From NCBI RefSeq assembly GCF_006345805.1, contig NC_043006.1, positions 64,108,001 through 64,172,000 on the forward strand: 64,000 bases of DNA. Direction: 5' to 3'. Of the stretch, positions 63,986-64,000 are shown one piece after another (the first letter of the stretch is position 1; every line of letters starts with the position of its first letter). The position numbers and the translations under genes are program-made. The notes below the pieces were generated by a model. The model was not told where the DNA came from and did not search any database. It saw only the letters and a program-made list of their open reading frames with translations. This DNA comes from Octopus sinensis. Lineage: Eukaryota.

Positions 63986-64000
63986 CTTTTTGGCATTTCT

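Overview
AT-rich eukaryotic non-coding DNA (intron or intergenic). The repeat landscape (several tRNA-derived SINE families, very dense (TA)n/(CA)n/(GA)n/(GATA)n microsatellites) resembles coleoid cephalopod DNA, most likely Octopus; this is pattern recognition, not a database result. No intact host gene is supported, and almost all ORF-track entries are microsatellite or SINE translations. Recognisable coding remnants: a mariner transposase pseudogene (31240-32190) with an exact internal 234-bp tandem duplication; the GIY-YIG endonuclease and 3' end of a Penelope-like element (PLE, 33205-34640, minus); a 5'-truncated RTE-clade LINE with TSD (45880-46704, minus). MITEs include hAT, Merlin-like, pogo/Tigger-like and a Helitron-like element. 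The most interesting signal is a set of hammerhead ribozyme (HHR) motifs in PLE-type terminal repeats. A ~640-bp spacerless palindrome (23454-24094) sits between (TA)n tracts and carries a type I HHR on each strand; the right-arm copy is fully canonical. Another type I HHR lies at 32760-32820, a degenerate one at 14665-14792, and three HHR-like folds share a non-canonical core. The SINEs show module shuffling, a recurrent dimer and a tail-to-tail hairpin pair.
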